Of a stretch of 64,000 nt of DNA, positions 62,075-64,000 are shown one piece after another. Below the pieces are notes generated by a model. The model saw only the letters and a list, made by a program, of their open reading frames with translations, did no database searches and was not told where the DNA came from. Numbering within the stretch: position 1 is the first letter of the stretch; the number at the start of each line of letters is the position of its first letter. The stretch covers positions 9,114,001 through 9,178,000 of the forward strand of contig NC_043016.1 in NCBI RefSeq assembly GCF_006345805.1, written 5' to 3'. Both the position numbers and the translations under genes were made by a program. This DNA is from Octopus sinensis. Taxonomy: Eukaryota.

Positions 62075-63521
62075 CTTTTTTTTTGTCAAAATAAATGAAT
62101 ATTTTTGTAATGAACCAGTACGTTTTTAGATATGATAGGTTGGGTAAAAAAACAATTATATGTGAATATGTGTGCAAAGATGTTACAGTAACACATTGAT
62201 GCAGTTTAATTTCCCTATACTTTCATCATTTTTGTTTTACTTACAATGAAATAAAAGATCTCAGTAAGGGGAATCTAATTCTGTAAACCTCATTAAAATT
62301 GGTGTGTGAAACAAAAAGGGCTCAAATTGGAAATGGAGAGGTTGTGTTGTGATTAACAGGTTGACTTATCAACAGTAATTAACAAGTTGCAAGGAAGAAA
62401 TTACATCTTCAACAATGCTTATTAATAGATAAACTAAATATTTGTAGTATTATAAGAGATATAATGATTTAAAGGCAATCTACTATGTGGCTGATGCCAG
62501 CGTTGCCTTGACTGGCTTCCGTGCCGGCGGCACATAAAAACCACCAACCGATCGTTGCCATTGCGAGCCTCCCTTGGCACCTGTGCCAGTAGTATGTAAA
62601 AAGCACCCACTACACTCACGGGGTGGTTGGAGTTAGGAAGGGCATCCAGCTGTAGAAACAGATCAGACTGGGCCTGGTGCAGCCTCCTGGCTTCCCAGAC
62701 CCCGGTCGAACCATCCAACCCATGCTAGCATGGAAAATGGACGTTAAACTATGATGATGATGATGATGATGATTCTAGTTTCATAGAATAATCCCGTAGA
62801 GAGAAAAGTCAAGGATGAGAATTGTCTTGTTAAATGTGGGTCTGATGAAGCATAGCCTTCAGCTGCAATAAGAAAAAAAATATATAGAGCTGAACTCCAG
62901 GAGTTTTAATAAGCATGCCAAAAAGTTCTACAGGAAACTTTTAGGTACTAAAATTAACTGGGTTTTTTTGCCCAGCAAAAACTGAAGTCAAAAGATGACT
63001 GGCTGGAAAAAATGTTTTATTAGAAAGTTCAGGGATTTTGCCAAAATTTAGCCATTATTATTTGCCAGCAGATTTGACTTTCAAACTTAAATGCTCTTGG
63101 TTTGAATTCAAGGAAGACTTTCTGCTACAAGAGTAATATTTGATACTAGCTAGACCCATGCTGTCAAAAATGACGGCTAATTGTATATCCGAGCGTGGCC
63201 GTTCGCCAGCCTCGTCTGGCACCTGTGTCGGTGGCACATAAAATCACCCACTACACTCTCGGAGTGGTTGGCGTTAGGAAGGGCATCCAGCTGTAGAAAC
63301 ACTGCCAGATCTGACTGGCCTGGTGCAGCCTTCGGGCTCCCCAGACCCCAGTTGAACCGTCCAACCCATGCTAGCATGGAAAACGGACGCTAAAATGATG
63401 ATGATGATGATGATGATGATGAGGGCATTATACATACATGCCAGAAGGCATTTACATACATGCCAAACGCTATAAGGGACAATTAGTCATTTCTACCAAA
63501 AATATTACTAATCCCACCGAA

Positions 63522-63570
<49 letters not shown>

Positions 63571-63749
63571 TAATATATATATACTAATACAATTGTTTGT
63601 TGTTTTCCACCTGCCTTCGTCTTTTGTCTATTTTCATAAAGCTTCCCGTTATATATAATGTATATTGTCTGATCTCTAGTGGTTAAGCTGTTTATTATTA
63701 TTATTATTAGTATTAGTATTATCCTTTGACCCCCAGTCGACAATTTGTT

Positions 63750-63910
63750 TATTAGTATTATTATTTCGCCTCGTATTGCATATTCTGTATAATTTATTAG
63801 TTATTGTTGACCATCGGTTTCCGGCCTCGTGTCTCGCTAAATACAGAATAGATATTTGAGTTTCTCCATACAGGATTTTTTCAATGGCGGCCGATTTTCG
63901 CGGGGTTCCA
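63750..63910 (+). promoter_or_regulatory. CpG-rich patch with a YY1/Kozak-like caATGGCGGCC; possible start of the next gene
   Basis: About 10 CpGs in about 150 bp against a CpG-poor background; ATG at 63884. Confidence 0.35.
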
Positions 63911-64000
63911 CTATTCCCTTCTCTCTCTCTCTCTCTCTCCCTCTTTTATGTTGTCTGCCCTCCCCCCCTCTTCCTTTCCCCCCTTCCATTGCTAAGAGCA

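Overview
This is AT-rich eukaryotic genomic DNA, most likely from a coleoid cephalopod (Octopus-type SINE/LINE landscape and abundant (TA)n/(TG)n); the species assignment is inference. The main feature is a complete Bre1 (RNF20/RNF40-type) histone H2B E3 ligase gene on the + strand. I assembled 18 GT-AG coding exons from 12031 to 55148 with consistent intron phases; they sum to 3012 nt, giving 1003 aa with a C-terminal C3HC4 RING. A probable poly(A) signal lies at 56540. An 18-codon first coding exon resembling ANKRD27/VARP sits head-to-head on the - strand at 4136-4083, and a possible promoter for the next gene lies at the right edge. Introns are packed with tRNA-derived SINEs, CR1/L2- and RTE-type LINE fragments, non-autonomous Helitrons, TTAA MITEs, mariner relics and foldback elements. 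The most notable observations are: (1) five hammerhead-ribozyme-like motifs, the best at 49272-49327 with a palindromic stem III; (2) a LINE 3' end that shares a covarying stem-loop with the dominant SINE; (3) an RTE LINE 3' UTR built from modular hairpin units that expand into tandem arrays; (4) a zero-spacer head-to-head SINE hairpin; (5) a cluster of foldbacks around exon 13 that could be an ADAR substrate. Repeat boundaries are approximate, and family names come from memory rather than database searches.
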